Virus record (IMG/VR): IMGVR_UViG_3300045988_159436
Direction: 5' to 3' (one strand)
Source of the DNA: a virus
DNA length: 64,000 bases
Positions within the stretch are counted from its first letter, which is position 1; the number at the start of each line of letters is the position of its first letter. Below, piece after piece: positions 62,858 through 64,000 of the stretch. A program made the position numbers and the translations under genes. The notes under the pieces are model-generated. The model did no database searches. It was not told the origin of the DNA and saw only the letters and a program-made list of their open reading frames with translations.

Positions 62858-63300
62858 AAACATTTAGAGGAATAATGGAAGTATCGTCACAAGTGTGCAT
62901 AGGGGATATTTTTAATCCAAATCTTGTATTTGATACTTCCAAAGGTATTTATAAATGTTATGTAGAAGAAGAAAATGCTGAAATTATAGCAATATATCTA
63001 ATAAAAGAAGGATATAAAAATCCTGAAATAACAAATAACTATTCTATCATTCTTAGTCCTTCAACTTTTATTGGATTTTTTAACAACGACTACAGTACAA
63101 AAAAAGCACAAAATATTAAAGAAGCAAGTCAATATGAATTACCTAAAGAATATGTAATAGAAAACGCATTAAAAAATTCAATTATAAATTTGCCTATTGT
63201 AACTTTAAAATATTTTGTAGCCTGTTTAAAAACAAAAAATTATGTATTATATAGAGGCAAGCATGGATTTAAAATAGCGAAATTGGAGGAGTGCTTATGA
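62848..63300 (+). CDS. hypothetical protein
   Basis: ORF. Confidence 0.35.
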   Translation: MRMKTFRGIMEVSSQVCIGDIFNPNLVFDTSKGIYKCYVEEENAEIIAIYLIKEGYKNPEITNNYSIILSPSTFIGFFNNDYSTKKAQNIKEASQYELPKEYVIENALKNSIINLPIVTLKYFVACLKTKNYVLYRGKHGFKIAKLEECL

Positions 63301-63704
63301 TAGAAACTTATCAAAGCTCAAATGACATTAGTTTTGGAGATGTATTTAAATTTGTAAAAGATTGCTATTATAAAGGCATGAGAATTCCTAAAGGGACTTT
63401 AGCTACAGTAACTTTTTCTATACCTTATAAGGGTTATTGGACAGTAAAAGTAAATGAAGTAATGGTTCAAGTCAGAGAAGATGATATAGTTTTCCATGCT
63501 TCTTTGAAGGATTGTTTAAAAGTAGGGACAGTAGTATCATTTTACAATATGGGTAAAAAAGTAAAAGGAGTAATTGAGAATTTAGAAAATACTAAAGAGG
63601 CTAAGATTATTACAGGACATAATTGTTATGTCGTTTTACCTCTTACAAGACTTTCTTTACTTCTACCAAGAACTAAAGATTGGTCTTACGTAAAAAAAGA
63701 TTAA
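63291..63704 (+). CDS. hypothetical protein
   Basis: ORF. Confidence 0.35.
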   Translation: MLMIETYQSSNDISFGDVFKFVKDCYYKGMRIPKGTLATVTFSIPYKGYWTVKVNEVMVQVREDDIVFHASLKDCLKVGTVVSFYNMGKKVKGVIENLENTKEAKIITGHNCYVVLPLTRLSLLLPRTKDWSYVKKD

Positions 63705-63738
63705 TTATACAGCAAATAAAGATTATTATTAAAGTATC

Positions 63739-63766
63739 TAATACACATTATAGACGTGTATTTTAA
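63739..63766 (+). terminator. hairpin plus T-run
   Basis: taatacac-9nt-gtgtatt tt. Confidence 0.35.
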
Positions 63767-63964
63767 AACTTAATAAATTTAATCTTTATTTGCTGTTTTT
63801 ATTTTTATTAAAATGGAGCAGAAAATAACAAATGCACATTATTTTAAACATACCTTTCAGACGCATATATTTGACCTCTGAGGAGTTTTATAGAGTTTTA
63901 GGGAGGATTACTCTTGCGAAGAATAAAACTCCTCAGAAGTGAAATTTGAGCATTAAATTAAAAG

Positions 63965-63993
63965 TTGACAATAGAAATTGAGTATGGTATAAT
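63965..63993 (+). promoter_or_regulatory. consensus promoter
   Basis: TTGACA-17-TGgTATAAT. Confidence 0.6.
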
Positions 63994-64000
63994 AAAGGCG

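Noticed and set aside
1-64000. Possible CRISPR array suggested by the recurring 30-40-bp promoter blocks
   Set aside because: The repeats are promoters (TTGACA-17-TATAAT) with variable spacing to genes, not regularly spaced direct repeats with unique spacers. No cas genes are present other than a Cas4-like nuclease typical of phage recombination modules.

Overview
This window is one contiguous stretch of a low-GC (about 32 %) tailed phage or prophage. Almost every gene is on the + strand, behind at least 17 near-perfect sigma-A-type promoters (TTGACA-16/17-TATAAT, often with TGn) and strong AGGAGG-type RBSs, which points to a Firmicutes-like host.

Gene order along the window:
- 1-11.2 kb: lambda-like tail module. 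gpG/gpGT chaperone with a -1 slippery site, a 1496-aa tape measure, M/L/K-like minor tail proteins, and a J-like central fibre.
- 11-15.3 kb: modular tail-fibre genes. The last one (13534-15348) is the target of a diversity-generating retroelement (DGR). It has a C-terminal VR, a cognate TR 288 bp downstream that differs from VR at 14 positions, all TR adenines, a promoter in front of the TR, and a DGR-type reverse transcriptase (15760-16776).
- 17.4-20.6 kb: promoter-driven arrays of tiny early genes, including a paralogous family whose members end in (E)WE with overlapping stop/start junctions.
- 20.7-25.4 kb: a second fibre gene with internal exact repeats, then four paralogous small fibre-tip-like genes. 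One of these is inverted and bounded by a 36-bp inverted repeat (shufflon-like). The first is gated by a G9 homopolymer.
- 26.5-27.7 kb: lysis cassette with a holin and an M15 endolysin.
- 29-45 kb: replication and recombination genes: SF2 helicase, DnaC-like loader, DnaB-like helicase, DnaG-like primase, HU, RecA-like recombinase, a Cas4-like nuclease, two Hjc-like resolvases, and a family-A DNA polymerase. The polymerase is broken into four exons by three small group I introns (recognisable Q/R/S elements) and also carries a LAGLIDADG intein.
- 45.9-49.5 kb: a SpoVS-like gene split by a related intron, and a ThyX-like gene split by an intron that carries an HNH homing endonuclease.
- 46.5-55.9 kb: a 7-deazaguanine DNA-modification set (queD, queE, queC, DpdA-like).
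- 56-62.5 kb: a second array of WE-family genes plus an amidoligase with two class-II (Ntn) glutamine-amidotransferase-like paralogs.

No rRNA, tRNA or CRISPR array was recognised.
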